A stretch of DNA of 64,000 nt from Carcharhinus amblyrhynchos (GCA_965287045.1 OZ336889.1:44578001-44642000); one strand, 5' to 3'; positions 10,975-23,772 are shown, numbered from the stretch's first letter. Notes: generated by a model from the sequence alone, not told the origin. Made by a program: numbers and translations.

Positions 10975-12620
10975 TTTTTTTAATGGGATGTGGGCATCGC
11001 CGGTTCGACCAGCATTTATTCCTCACCGCTAATTATCCTGGAGATGATGGTGGTGAACTGCTTTGTTGAATCAGCGCCATCCCTGTGGTCTAAGTAAGCA
11101 ATATATCCCCAAGTCAGGTTGTGAATGACTTGGAGGAGAGCGCGAAGATGGTGGTGTTCCCATGTGTCTGCTCCCCTTGTACTTCTGGACGGTAGAGGTG
11201 TGATTTTGTAAGGTGTTGCCCATGGATATTGGATGGGTTTTTGCAGTACATGGTGCAGATGGTCCCAACTGCTGCCACTGTTCATCGTGACGGAAGCAGT
11301 TTGTGGAAGAGGTGCCAGTCAAGTTTTCTCCTGGATGGTGTGAGCTTCTTGAAAGTTATAGAAGTTGCACTCTCCTGGCTAGTGCAAATATTCCATCACA
11401 CTCCAGACTTGTGCCTCGCAGATGGTGCACAGGCTTGGGAGTCAGGAAGTGAGACACTTGCCACAGGATTCATGCCCTCCGACTTGCTCTTGTAGCCACC
11501 ATATTTAAATGTCGACACCAGTTCAGTTTCTGGTCAATGGTCGGCCTTAGGAAGTCGACAGTGGCGGCATTACCGTTGGATGTCAAGAGACATTGATTAG
11601 TTGTTGGAGATGGCCATTTCCTGGCACTACTTTGTCCCGAAGGATACTTGCCACTTGTCAACCCAAGCTTGGATATTGTACTGGACTTGCTGCGTTTGGA
11701 CATGGACGGCTTCATTCTCTGAGGGTGCGGGAATGGTACTGTACACTATGAGATCATCCCCATTCCTGACATTATGATGCAAGGAACGTTATTGGTAGAA
11801 CAGCTGAAGATAAGTGGGCCTGGAATATCATCTTGAGAAACTCTTGCAGAGAAGTGTGCAAATTAGAGGATTGAACGCCAACCACAGCAGGACTTTTCCC
11901 TGCGCCAAGTATGACTGCAGCCAGCATAGAAATTTCCCTCTGAATCTAATTGACTCCATTATTCCTCGAGCTCCTTAATTCCACCCGTGCTGCCTTGACG
12001 TCAAAGGCAGTCACTTCACATCTGACATTCAATTACTCTTGTCCATGTTTGACTCAAAGTTGTAATGAAGTCAGGCGCTGAGTGACTAACGGAATCCAAA
12101 CTATGTGTCAGTGAGTAGGTTCCTGCTAAATTCCTGCCGTCTGATTGTGCTGTTAATGACCCCTTCCATCAACTTGTTGATGATCTGGAGGGGCCTGATG
12201 GCTGATGAATAAGGTTGGAGATGCCCTTCTTTTTGCATAGAGGACATAACTGGGCAATTTTCTGCAATGATGGGTAGATGCCAGTGTAGTAGACGCCCTG
12301 AAACAACTTGACAGGCGGGGCGGCATGGCCTGGAGCACAAGTCTTCAGGACTGTTGACAGAATATTGTTAGGGTCCAAAGCCTTTGCAGTATCCAACAGC
12401 TTTCGGACATGTCTTGGTATCACTTGGAGCGCATTGAATTGGCTGAAGCTTAACATCCGCAATGTTGACCTTTCCTTTAGAAGGCCAAGATGTGACAGAA
12501 GATTGTTGCGAAGGCTTTAGCCTTATCTTTTCTCACTGATCATTGAGGATGGGCACATCTGTGATGTCTTCTCGTCCAGTGAGTTGTTTAATTATACACT
12601 ACCATTCACGATGGGATATT
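10975..12620 (-). mobile_element. Decayed LINE (CR1/L2 clade), ~1.6 kb 3' portion
   Basis: Fragments LDTAKALDPNNI..VLKTCAP..KLFQ..TGIYP..KIAQLCP..KK, INKLMEGVIN, DVKAA, IDQKLNW..HLNMVATRA; AATAAA and A-rich end on the - strand near 10975-11020. Confidence 0.85.
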
Positions 12621-14350
12621 CCTGGTAAAGAGAGTTCCACAGACTAATGTCTTCTACGGAAAATGAAATTCTCTTCATCTCCATCTCAACTGGAAAGCCT
12701 CCTATTTTAATTCATGTCCCCTCCTTCCAGTCTCCTTGGAGGGGAGGCACTTCCTCAGCATTCACCATCTCAACTTCCCTCGGGATAGTAGGTGTTTCAG
12801 CAGGATCACATTGAATTCTCCGAAACTCTAATGGGTACAAGACCCAACTCTCCAACCGTTCCCAATATGATATCCCTTTCATCTGAAGGGGGCACCTTTC
12901 TCCGAATGTTGCTGGTGATATTGTATCCGTTCTGAGGTACCCGGGCCAACAGGAAAGTACTTTAGATGTGCTCGCGACAAAGCACGACAAATTTGTAGCG
13001 AATCTTCCCTACTTTTATATTCCATCCCACTTGCAATAGGTGACAACATTGCGTTTGCTTTCGTAATCACTTAAAGCTTCATGCTAAAGCTTTGTGAATC
13101 ACGTTCCGGGGCACCCAGATTCCCCAGTGCTTCATATCTTGGCACTCTCATCTCCGTCTGAATAATTTGCAGCTTTCCATTCTTCCTGCCAAAGTGGACC
13201 AATTCGCATTTCACCACATTATACTCCACCTGTTTCTTTTTACCACTCCCGTAGCCTATCTAAATCCTGTTGGATACCATTTTTGCTCACTTCACAATTT
13301 ACTTACCCTCCTGTGTTAAAGTCGTGAGAAAAAGTTGCAAATCAATCCTTCCCATCATCCATGTCGTTTCTGTAAATTGATAACAGTTTAGGCCTCAGAT
13401 GTAATCCTGTGATTCACCGCCGGCTACAGTTTGCCCCTCCCCCCCTACAAAAAAAGGGCTCAGTTACCCCACCTCTCTGTTTCTGTAAGGCAACCAGTCC
13501 TCGATTCGTGATGAATATTATCCTATACATGATGACCTCCTATTTGACATTTCATATTGTATCTTTGAAACTGTTTCTTGTTAAATACGTTTTGGAAATC
13601 CAAGTGTACAGGTTCCTCTTTATTCAGCTTACTAATAAGTTGCTCCAGTAAGTATATGAAATTAGTACAGTATGGCTTCATTTGTACAAAACCATGTTGG
13701 CTCTACATAATTGCAAGCGCCATGCGATAACCTTCTAATAATAGATTTGAGCATTTAACTTTTGACAGATGTTCGGCTAATTGGCTTGCAGTTACATGTT
13801 TTCAGTTTCTTTCTTTTCTTGAATAGAGGAGATAAATTTGCTATTTCCCGATCTCGTCGAGTAATAAAATAACTACACTGCAGACAGAGGGGAATCGGCC
13901 CTTCGCGTCTGCATCCATTCCCCCTCAGGGTATCTTACCCAGCTCTATCACGTCCTAATGACTTGACAGCCTTTAGTTCTGACCGTTTTCTTAGTCGCAT
14001 TGACCTGGTGGTTGTAATTGCTTTATGTTCCTCGCTCCTTTCTCCCTCTTCACCTGCAAGTAATTCTGGGACATTATTTACATATTCTCCAGCAAGGCAG
14101 AGAAAATATATCAATTCTTCTGCCATTTCCTCATTTCGTATAATTTTTCGACGTTCCTTTTCCAGAGTAACAACACTTATTTTAGTGAGCATTTTTCTTT
14201 TTAAAAGCATGTAGACATTCTTACATTCATTTTCTATGTCCAGCTAACATTCTCTCATACTCTGAGTTCTCCTTTGTCATTACTTTATTTGTCAATCTTT
14301 GTCTGTTTTAATATTCTTCCCAATCTTTAGCTCTGCCACTAATCGCAAAG
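12620..14350 (-). mobile_element. Decayed, internally deleted CR1 ORF2 fragments
   Basis: ITKANAMLSPIASGMEYKSRE, YWERLESWVLYPLEFRRIQCD, RKIIRNEEMAEEL and LKAVKSLG, homologous to CR1 ORF2. Confidence 0.8.
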
Positions 14351-14899
14351 TTTCGCACTTTTTCTCCCACTCGGGCTCTGTCATTGGAGATGTTGGGACT
14401 TTAACATCTCCATGAAGTAGGCCCGCTTTCTGTCTGATATTTCAGCTGCATACCGTCTTCAGACAACTTTAACCTGCATTCCTGGCCCTGTGCCAATCAT
14501 TTTCCGATTCGACTGACACGCCATCAGGGTGGTTCTTCTCTCGCTTCTGCTGTCTTGTTGCATTAAACTGAACTAGTGTCTGTCTCTCTCCCTCTCTCCA
14601 CACTGCAGATGTCAACTCTGTGCATTCCACCCACAGGCAAGGTCTTATACCTCTCACTCCCTGGGTACTGACTGCACTGCATGACGTGGACCTGAGACAT
14701 ATCCTTTCAGTAAATACCCTGCGATAACTTTCAGCCTAACAACTTTAATTATCTGTTCCTGATCCCTCTCCCTGACCGCCGTTTGGACATTTTCCCACTG
14801 ATGATAAAATTTTAATATTCCTTCCCCACCGTTCATTCGTTCGACGCGGGAGTCAGTAAAACTCCAACAACCGAGTCCATATGCAAGCAAATATGTTAA

Positions 14900-15270
14900 C
14901 CCTTTTATCTTTGTTAGACCCCAGCTAGTGTATTAGTTCAGTTCTTGACAATATTCTTCGAAAGTATTTCAGAGCTTTGGAGAGTGTGCAGGAAGGTGTA
15001 TTAGCATGTTTCCAGGATAAAAGTCCTCAGTTAGATGTAAGGACGGGAAACGTGGAGTTGTTCTCCTTAGAGCCGCACAGTAGATTTGATGAAGATGTTC
15101 TTAAAGGTGTTGGGTAAAGAAAGTAGGAGCTGCTTCAAATGTCGGGAAGTTTGATCACCAGATGGCAAACATTTGAAATAACTCGGGAACAGGAACAGAA
15201 GAGGGCTGGTCGTGGGTAAATATGTTCCGACTCTTAATGAGCTGGAGACAATTGGATCAAGGGCTCGTGG
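14900..15270 (+). mobile_element. Decayed CR1 3' fragment
   Basis: LVRPQL-like codons, RALESVQ and VELFS motifs (clearer in ORF 33672-33908). Confidence 0.55.
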
Positions 15271-16028
15271 AAGAGGATTGAACAATCCCTGTCAAGAAGA
15301 TGGAAAATATGTCGAAAACTGGAGTAAGACCAAGACAGAAATTCCAGTTCTATCGCTCCTTTACAGAACCGACATGGATGCGATGGGCTGATTGCCCTCT
15401 TTCTGCGATCAACCTTCTCGAATTTTTTATACTGACGCAACTGCATCTGCACCGCGATCGGCAGCTCTCCAGGCGAAGTAATTAATTCATTTCTTCTCGT
15501 TCTCCTCTGTGCGCCTCAGCTGCATAACCAAAATGTTACTTCTCCCAATTGTTCAAGGACACATGGGGTGAAGGTGTGTGACAAGCTCATGTTATCAACA
15601 TTTAAAGGGCTTGCCAGATTTTGTTTAATTTTTCAAATGAGGGAGCAGTAGAACATTGTTCGATGGCTTCTGCAATACTGTCGGGAGGCGGGAGGCGAGG
15701 GTGGTGTTGTGGGGGGAGGGTCACCGGTCATCAGAAATCTGATTTTAAAAACTGCTATTTTCAGCTCAGTCCGATGTCAGCAAATGCATTGACATTCTCA
15801 AACTCATTGTTTCCTATGACAGCAAATATACCCCTCAAATCAAACAACGAACGTCACGCGAAAGCTTTGTTTCCTCGAGCATTTTATTTTGCCAAGGCTT
15901 AACTCACTGTATGCCGTGGGTTTGCAACGCTTGAATAAAGCTGAGTGGGCAGTCTTCGCACCTCAATCACATTCTAGATAGGAAATAAATTATTTTTCCA
16001 GGGTTGTCTATCATGCACTCACTTCAGA

Positions 16029-16284
16029 TATCTATCTATCTATGTGTCGATCTATCTACCTATCTATCTAACTATCTGGCTATCTATCTCTATCCAACTG
16101 CCTGTCTGTCTATCTATCTATGCACCTATCTGTCTATCTAGCCAACCATCTGTCTATCTATCTATCTATCTATCTATTTGTCTGTCTATCTATCTATCTA
16201 TTTGTCAGTCTACCTATCTATCTGTCGATCTATCTATCTGTTTCCCTGTTTATCTGTCAGTTTCCCTGTCTATCTGTCTGCCTA
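16029..16284. repeat. Compound (TCTA/TCTG)n microsatellite ~400 bp upstream of the V promoter
   Basis: Directly visible; present upstream of every V. Confidence 0.95.
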
Positions 16285-16663
16285 CCCGTGAATCCATCAA
16301 TCGCGAAAACCTAAAACGGAGTCTGGCCTTCGGCGTCTCTGTGTGCACATGAAAAATCAACACACACTTTTCGTCTTTAATTTATTCACCAAGGACGTTA
16401 CGCCTATTAAACAGCTTACTGCCCGCAACATTTATTTATTGTAATGTGTAGGCTTCGGGACATCAAGCCACGATTCATTTAATCTGTTTTATGTTTCACC
16501 GCACCGTTTGTTTTTTTGGGGGGTGGACGGGTAGTTGGGTATTGAGCCATTTTACATGCTATTCTGTGGATTGGGAGATATGCATTTCTTCATTTCCAAA
16601 ATGGCTGATGTGCTCATTCTGCAAATATCAGACAATACCGAAATGGAGATCTTCGTTTCAATA

Positions 16664-16685
16664 TCACGTGACAGGAAATTTGCAT
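16664..16685 (+). promoter_or_regulatory. V promoter (type A): E-box, Ets core and octamer
   Basis: TCACGTGA 16664-16671, CAGGAA, and ATTTGCAT 16678-16685 (light-chain orientation) ~120 bp upstream of the ATG. Confidence 0.85.
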
Positions 16686-16806
16686 ACGTAATTACTATTC
16701 ATTCGCCCTGCGGTGTTTGAATCTTTTTAAGGAGAGGTTGGAATGGACTCAAAAGCGCGTTCGTGTCAGGGTTTATTTTCCTTCTTCCTCTCCCCAAACC
16801 TTCACC

Positions 16807-16855
16807 ATGACACAATCGATTGGAGTTCTCGCCGCACTGATACTCTGTTTCCACA
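16807..16855 (+). CDS. IGLV: Ig light-chain leader exon, gene A
   Basis: Kozak-like caccATG; MTQSIGVLAALILCFH hydrophobic signal peptide; phase-1 donor A|gtaagt; 139-bp intron. Confidence 0.93.
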
Positions 16856-16994
16856 GTAAGTACGGGCGTCGGCCTGAAGTCACGCTCATTTTTTCACCCT
16901 ATCTGCTTTTGCACTTGTGTTTTAACGAACCTGAATTGTGAGCTATATTCAACATTTCACAGTGTGTGACTGACAATACTTTGCATTTCACCAG

Positions 16995-17342
16995 GTACAA
17001 TTGCGGATCCTGTCCTGACCCAACCAGGATCCATTTCGTCCTCACCGGGAAAGACCGTCACCATCACTTGCACCATGTCCGGAGGCACCATTACCAGCAA
17101 CTACGCGAGCTGGTACTGGCAGAAACTCGACAGCGCCCCTCTGTTTGTTTGGTCCGAGTACAATGGTCTGGCTTCGGGCATTCCGAATCGATTCGCCGGG
17201 TCTGTGGACTCATCAAGAAAGAAGACGCATTTAACCATCACCAACGTTCAATCGGAGGACGCTGCAGATTATTACTGTGGTGCTTGGCCCAGCGGTGTAA
17301 ATAGATTGATTTTCGGGAGTGGAACGAAGTTGAATCTGGGCA
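16995..17342 (+). CDS. IGLV: Germline-joined VJ exon, type A
   Basis: Acceptor caccag|GT; STIA-DPVLTQPGSISSSPGKTVTITC...WYWQK...EDAADYYCGAWPSGVNRLIFGSGTKLNLG; V and J (FGxG) contiguous with no RSS; donor A|gtaagt. Leader+VJ+C2 = 720 nt in frame (239 aa). Confidence 0.96.
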
Positions 17343-20300
17343 GTAAGTAAATCACTTAACTCTCCTCTAACATTTGCGACGCTTTCTAAATAACAAAATG
17401 TACTTGGAAACGGTCGGATAGGTGGACTGAATTAGGGCAATTCAAAATGATTGCTCCTAAAATATTGTTATGGGGGATCTTTGATTCAGCAGGAAATGAT
17501 ATTGCAGTGATAGCTGGGCTCAGAACTTCGGCGATTGTCTGGAGTGTGTTCAGTTATGTGATAGGGTAAAGGGGTATTTTAATTACGAGTGAAACTCATT
17601 TCACTGGAAGCTGAGGGTCTGATCTGCTGGGACTGTGCAGAATTTTGAACCATCTGATCCAGCCGGCAGTGCGAGGAGATGATTGAGAATGCGATTGCTA
17701 GAAAGATGGAATGTTTCCCTTCGCTTAGCCAGTGTTAGGAGTGGAGTGCCCCAGCTGTATGAACAATGCGAGCGGAATATAATTAGCAAGACGATAAACA
17801 TTTCAAAAGTGAAAAAACAGGCACGCAAATGAGCTAAATGCGGAAGTTTGTACAAGCTACAATCGGCCACCTAGTGTGGTCTATAATTCCATGATTGTAT
17901 GAAGGGACACAGTGGTTCAGGTTCTTTCATACGCTGCCCCTGTAGTCTGCTTTAAAGGGTTAGAATTGCATTCAAAGCGTTCACATCAGGCTGTTTCATT
18001 CCATTTAAAGCAAGATTGCATTATGTTTGCGGAATGATAGTGTGGTGAATGGGTGCGACTCACTCCCACTGGTCCCCAAACTCACTGAAAACCGTTCGGT
18101 ACAAGATTCTCAGCCTAATATTTTGCATTAATCCCGGGTGTCCAAAATAATCATATTGTTGCCGGAATTCCGCCAGAAATAATCGACCCTGATTGTTACT
18201 GGATCACAGAGTAACAAACATCAATGATGTGCGGAATATTTGCTTTCTTCGGAAATTATGGTTCATTTTCTTCCCATCCAATCTGTTGTTTTGGAATGTC
18301 CCGAAATAAGGTTGTCAGGTTTTTGAGTATTGTTGTGGACTCGTTCAGATTGTTGTTGGTTCTGTGACTGACGGTTAGTAGTAGTAGAACAAAAGATGAA
18401 GATTACTGCCAATATTGATTCATGGGATGTGATCAGAAAGGTAACATTCATTTCACTACTCCCATCTCCCCCGCCTAATATCCACGGATAAAGTGACGGT
18501 GAGCCGCATTCTCAAACCGATGTTGCCCATGTGTCATAGGTACACCGCAGAGCTGTTAGGGAGGGAGTTAAGAGATTTTGGCCAGGTGACAGTGAAGGAA
18601 AGGCGGTACAGTTCTACTTTGGCATGCTGTGTAGCTTGTTGGGGATTTACCATCTGGTGTTGTAGCCGTGCATTTGGTGCCCGTGTGTTGGTCTAGTGGA
18701 AGACATGGCTGGTTTGGAAGCTGTTGTCGGAGTTACGGCAATGTACCTTATAGATATCCACACTGTAGCTCCTGTGCGTCAATGAGGGAGAAAAGCAATA
18801 TAATATATTCGCAGAATCAGAGAATGGTATATCTTTGCAAAATTGTTGCAATCGACTTGGCCAATCGTGTCTGCACTGGTTCACAAGGAACAATCTAACA
18901 TTTATTCATTAGCCTTTAAATTACACATTCTATGTTCGTTTAAGTGACCATTAATTTGCCAATAACAGCCTCTCCGGCAGTAGGTTCCACATCCCTCTGG
19001 GTGAAACTATACCCTTCGAATCTCCGCTAAACCTTCTACTTCGAACGACAAATCCAAGTCCTGTTCTTGTCGGCACCTCAACAATTGGCAATATTGTTTT
19101 CCCATCCATTCTGCCCAGACACCTCAGAATATTATGCCTTCAAATGGATTTACTTTCAGCCTCGTGTGTTCCGAAGAAAAGGGACAATTCAATACTTACT
19201 AATAACTAAATATTCCATTCCAGCCGATATCCCTCTAGATCTCCCTGTACTCGTTCACGTACAATTACATTTTCCCAACGCATCTTTCCAGCAGTTTCAG
19301 CATAACCTCAAAGTTCTAACAATCTCTACCTCAGCTTATAAATGTAAATGCCTCCTATGCCTTCTTTGCTACCATATCCAGTTGCTCAGCCGCCTTCAGA
19401 ATCTGTGGACCTGCGTTTTCTGTTCACTAATTTTCTCTACATTTCTCGGCATTTTCCCATCTGTACAGTGTACTCGCTTGTCTTGTTGGTCTTCCTGAAG
19501 TGCAGTTCCTCACACTTTTCGGCATTTAATTCCATTTGTCGCCGGTGCACTAATCTAACAAGTCCATTGTCTTCCTGCATTATCCAGCTTTCTTGTTCGC
19601 AACCACACTGCCAAATTTGTATCATCGAACAACAATCATAGAGGCACTCATTGGTATACGGACCCTTTGTTCCCTGCCTCTGAGCCAATTTCGGATCCAA
19701 TCTGTTCATCCTATGTGTGAACTTACCAAGGGCCTTGCTAAAGTCCATGTAGACTATACCAAAAATATTGCCATCATTCACCGCTTCATGCTGCCTGCTC
19801 AAAAATACCAATTAACGCTATGGGGTGAGATTTTCCGGCAGCAAAGCCGTAATCGCTACATTTGATTATGCCGCGTTAATTCCATTAGTTCTCCCTTCAG
19901 TGAGGTTAAGTTCACTGGTCTATAATTATGACACCCCCTATCGCCCTTTGACAAGTTCATTTCTCTTCCTGCCTCCGAGAGTCAAACCTGCTCCGCGCCC
20001 ATTGGAAAACTGTGTTCAGGGTCTCTTCCCTTCTCAATCTTACTTTCTCTTTTTTATGACTTGCTTCTTCAAGTCATTTGTTTACTGGGCTATACTACGG
20101 TGAAATGGACCAGCATGAGGCAAAAAGGGAAAAAATGTTTTTGAATATTTGAGTTGCTACTTTAAGAAATCAGATCTGGTGAAAATGCCGGTGTAAAAAT
20201 AATTCACTTAAGTCCACTAAATAGAAGTCGATCTTCACACTTGCTCATCGGTGCAAACATTTGAGATGATCCAGCGAAACTCTCGGGGGCGCAGGAAGAA

Positions 20301-21668
20301 GATACCAGTTTTGAAATAAGGGCTTGCGGCATTTGTCTGCCGACTTAGTTTCAACATCCAAATTACATTCCAACAAAAATATAAGACCAATTTCTAGCTC
20401 CAAAGACAATTGATTTTTTACCGACAGCGACAAAACCCATATTGCTGTTGTCGCCGACATAATACCTCAATGTCAGGGCGAATTGTAAAAGGTTAGCCTG
20501 ATACTTGTAGTTTGAAATGGATATTTATTTCTGAACCCTTTCTTCGAAGCCTCACAATCTATTAACATATTCACTGAGCGTTTCCCCATTGACTGTGATA
20601 GATGGTAACTTAAGCGGTAAATGGTCACTTAAAGAGACAAGATTCTGATACAACGCCCTTTCAGCTTTGCGAATATCGACTAATGTCAAAGGAACGAAAA
20701 TGCAAACCTGCATTGACTTAGCGCCGAACCCGGCCTCAGAACATCCTCACAATTAAGTGTTTGTGAAGTAGAATCATTCTTCCAATGTCAGAATCATGGC
20801 TCCCTACCTAAGCACATAAAGATCTCACAGTCCATCTGCTTTGACGACAAGGTGTGAGAGATAAATAATTATGAGGACATGTTTGATTTATTACTGGCCT
20901 TTTGAGGGTGTCATTAAGTTATGTTGTTATATATTAGAATTGTTTACAATATTTATTAGAAACTCTTCCTCTCAGCTGCAACAAATCGTTTGTGACACTC
21001 CACTCCGAAAAAATGTCTCCAAATATTTCCATTGCGACAGGTAGATACTTGTTAAGATTTACGGTACATCGTCACTGTTGGTCTGGGCGGGACACGGTGA
21101 TGAAGCCGTGGCAAAGAATGTTCACAAACCCAAATATCAGTCCAGTATGTAGGACTTGCGTCAGAGAAGTAAATGGTGACAGAAGCAAACAATCGATTTC
21201 ATTGTTTAGAATGGAGGTTTTGGAGTTGCAAACTACAGAAATGTAGCCGTCAGCATAGGTCCCAATATTGACCCCAAATTCTGAGTGATTAGCGTTATTC
21301 TGAAATTCTCGGTGTTCGCGACATTGGCTCGGACTGCGTTGCCTCAGATCACAACTGGATGCATTGAATCTCCTTCCTATTTTTCTCTTTAATATTTCAA
21401 ACTCCACTATTTCCTTTAGATCAGATTTTATTTGTATGCTCCTGTCCTTTCAGGGAAAAAAGAAAAACCTTCTCAGGTTGTATATGTTCCAGAAACCAGA
21501 GTCCCGGCCTTTTTGCATTTGGCATCAATAAGACTCCAATGTATAAAATCTATACATTCTTGTAGAATAATACCGACTTTAAAAAAACAATTTGAAGAAG
21601 GTGGAACAATGATTCAGTCATTTATACTGATTTTTAATGGATGTGCGATCCTTGTCTCTACTTTCCAG

Positions 21669-21991
21669 GTCCACGGAGCCCCACTGTGTCTCTCCTTCCG
21701 CCTTCATCGGATCAAATCACAGCGAAGAACATGGCGACCCTGGTGTGTTTGGTGAGCGGTTTTAACCCGGGAGCTGCGGAGATTGAATGGACTGTCGATG
21801 GCAGCGTCAGAGGGAATGGGGTTGAGACCAGTCGGGTCCAGCAGGAGGCGGACAACACGTTCAGTGTGAGCAGTTATCTGACTCTGTCAGCCTCAGAGTG
21901 GAACTCACACGAGCTTTACTCCTGTGTGGTTAAACACGAGACTCAAGCAAACCCGTTTCAAACAAGCATCTCCAGATCCAGCTGTATGTGA
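21669..21991 (+). CDS. IGLC: Ig light-chain constant exon C2 (gene A)
   Basis: Same structure as C1; differs by I>V, D>E and L>F plus two silent changes. Confidence 0.96.
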
Positions 21992-22185
21992 TACATGCAC
22001 CTGAAGCGTTTTTGTGTTTTGCCGTTAGTAAAGTTTTAATTCTAAATAAATTCGGCAAATAGTGGAACATTTCAAACAGTTCATCACAGTTTGTAGCAGA
22101 TCGGCTGATTCCCTTAATTTCAATTTAACTGTGTTCACTCTGAATAGATCAAAGCTTCAGTGTAATGTCATTGATACCGCTGTGT

Positions 22186-22191
22186 AATAAA
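22186..22191 (+). terminator. Polyadenylation signal of C2 (additional AATAAA at 22045-22050)
   Basis: AATAAA homologous to 4686-4691. Confidence 0.7.
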
Positions 22192-23772
22192 ATCATTATA
22201 CCGTTATCGCGACTAATGTTCTGTTATTCTATCTCTTCCACTGAAAAACAATTAATGGCAGCATTCTAAAGGGAATTAAATAGTTAGATTATATCATTGT
22301 GATATTCTGCACATTTTATTTAAAGTCAGTGATATCCAGGCGCAACAAGGAGACGATGGATGCCATTAAATGGAAGTAATATTGCAATATTTTTTAATGG
22401 ACTGAGTTACATTCTGGTATTGTGATGAAAGGGCTGAGCTGCGAATACAGATTACAAAAATACATTAAAGGGCAGAAAGTTCTTAACCTCCTGGTTCCAA
22501 AATTTCAGGACAAACTCTGTCACTGCCCCATTTTTTAATACACCAGATGCAATGCAAGTTCTGGAACAGCTGGCCACTTTTTAGTAAGCTCACCGATTAT
22601 TTTAATTGGCCTATAATGATTATACTGACGCAGGCGCTTTACTAACAAGTCACCCAAATGCATTTTCAGTGACTCAAACCAGTTCAGGACCAAGTCTGTT
22701 TTTTTTATATAATTCCTCTTCACACGAATAACAAAGTCGATAGGTCACCCCTTTGATACATCGTTGTTTTATTTCTTCAGTTAGATTTGGGCTTGCAAGA
22801 CATAAATTGTTAAAAGTAGCAAGAAGTTGCGCAGTTGGTAAAAAGTGCAAAAAAAGGTGCTGGTACACTTACAGAAGAGCAAAATAAAACATTCGGGGAT
22901 TTATTAGACTTTTATAGAATTGTACTCATCTATGGTCTACATACTTCGAAAATGATCTTGTGGGATATGAGAAAGTAGAGGAACTATTTGCCAGATTTTT
23001 ACTAGAATTGGGGCTATGTACCTTTCAGGGAAATGAATATGTTGGGCTGTTTTCGCCGAGAAGAGGATGCGGAGGTGTAATAGGCGGCTTTAATGTTAGG
23101 AAAAGTTGTGATACGGCAACACAGAGAAAGATTTCCAAGTGTGAGTTAGTCTGAAACAGTGAGACATAAAAGAGACGCGGCGACAGAACGAATGAATAAT
23201 TTATTTGAATGTATAGGTCGGGAATTTGCTGTGGGCCGGAGAAAGTACAAGTATTTGTTCTCTGATTGGCTGAATAAGACAATATAGATTCCTGAGGATC
23301 ATTTATCACATCACGGAAACCCTACAGCACAGAAAGAGGCCATTCCGCCCATCGAGTCGGCACCAACCGCAATCCCACCCAGGCCCGACCCCTATATCCC
23401 TACATATTTTACCCACTAGTCTGTCTAACCTACCCATCCCAGGACACAAAGAGACTATTTTAAACATGGCCAATGGAACTAACCCGCATTGGGTTTAAAA
23501 ATGGGCAAGTCACGTTGTGGCTTTATAGAACGTTGGTTAGGCCACACTTGAAATATCCTGTTCAATTCTGGTCGCCACACTACCAGAAGGACATGGAGGA
23601 TTTGGAGAGGGTACAAAAAATTTCCCGGAACGTTGCCTGGGATGGAGCGCATGAGCTTTGAGGAGAGGTTGGAGAAACTTGGTTTGTTCTCACTGGAAAG
23701 ACGGAGGTTGAGGGATGACCTGATAGAAGAGTACGAGGGGCATGGACTGCGCGGATCATCAGATGCCTTTTC

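Larger units (their letters stand above)
1..17509 (+). repeat. Tandem Ig light-chain cluster unit 1 (J-C intron, C exon, spacer, next promoter/leader/VJ); 17,509 bp
   Basis: Sequence at position 1 (atagctgggctcagaacttcggcg) recurs at 17510, 36377 and 61565; the intervening sequence and ORF track repeat colinearly. Confidence 0.95.

Noticed and set aside
16044-16352. Low-complexity LSIY-rich ORFs
   Set aside because: Translations of the TCTA microsatellite.
16958-16981. CACAGTG in the leader intron followed by acaatactt
   Set aside because: Spacer is 8 bp in A and 6 bp in B, the nonamer is poor, and the position is wrong for an RSS.
17273-17279. TACTGTG cryptic heptamer at the V 3' end (V-replacement signal)
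   Set aside because: Dictated by Tyr-Cys-Gly codons; no nonamer, and no RSS-bearing donor V in the window.
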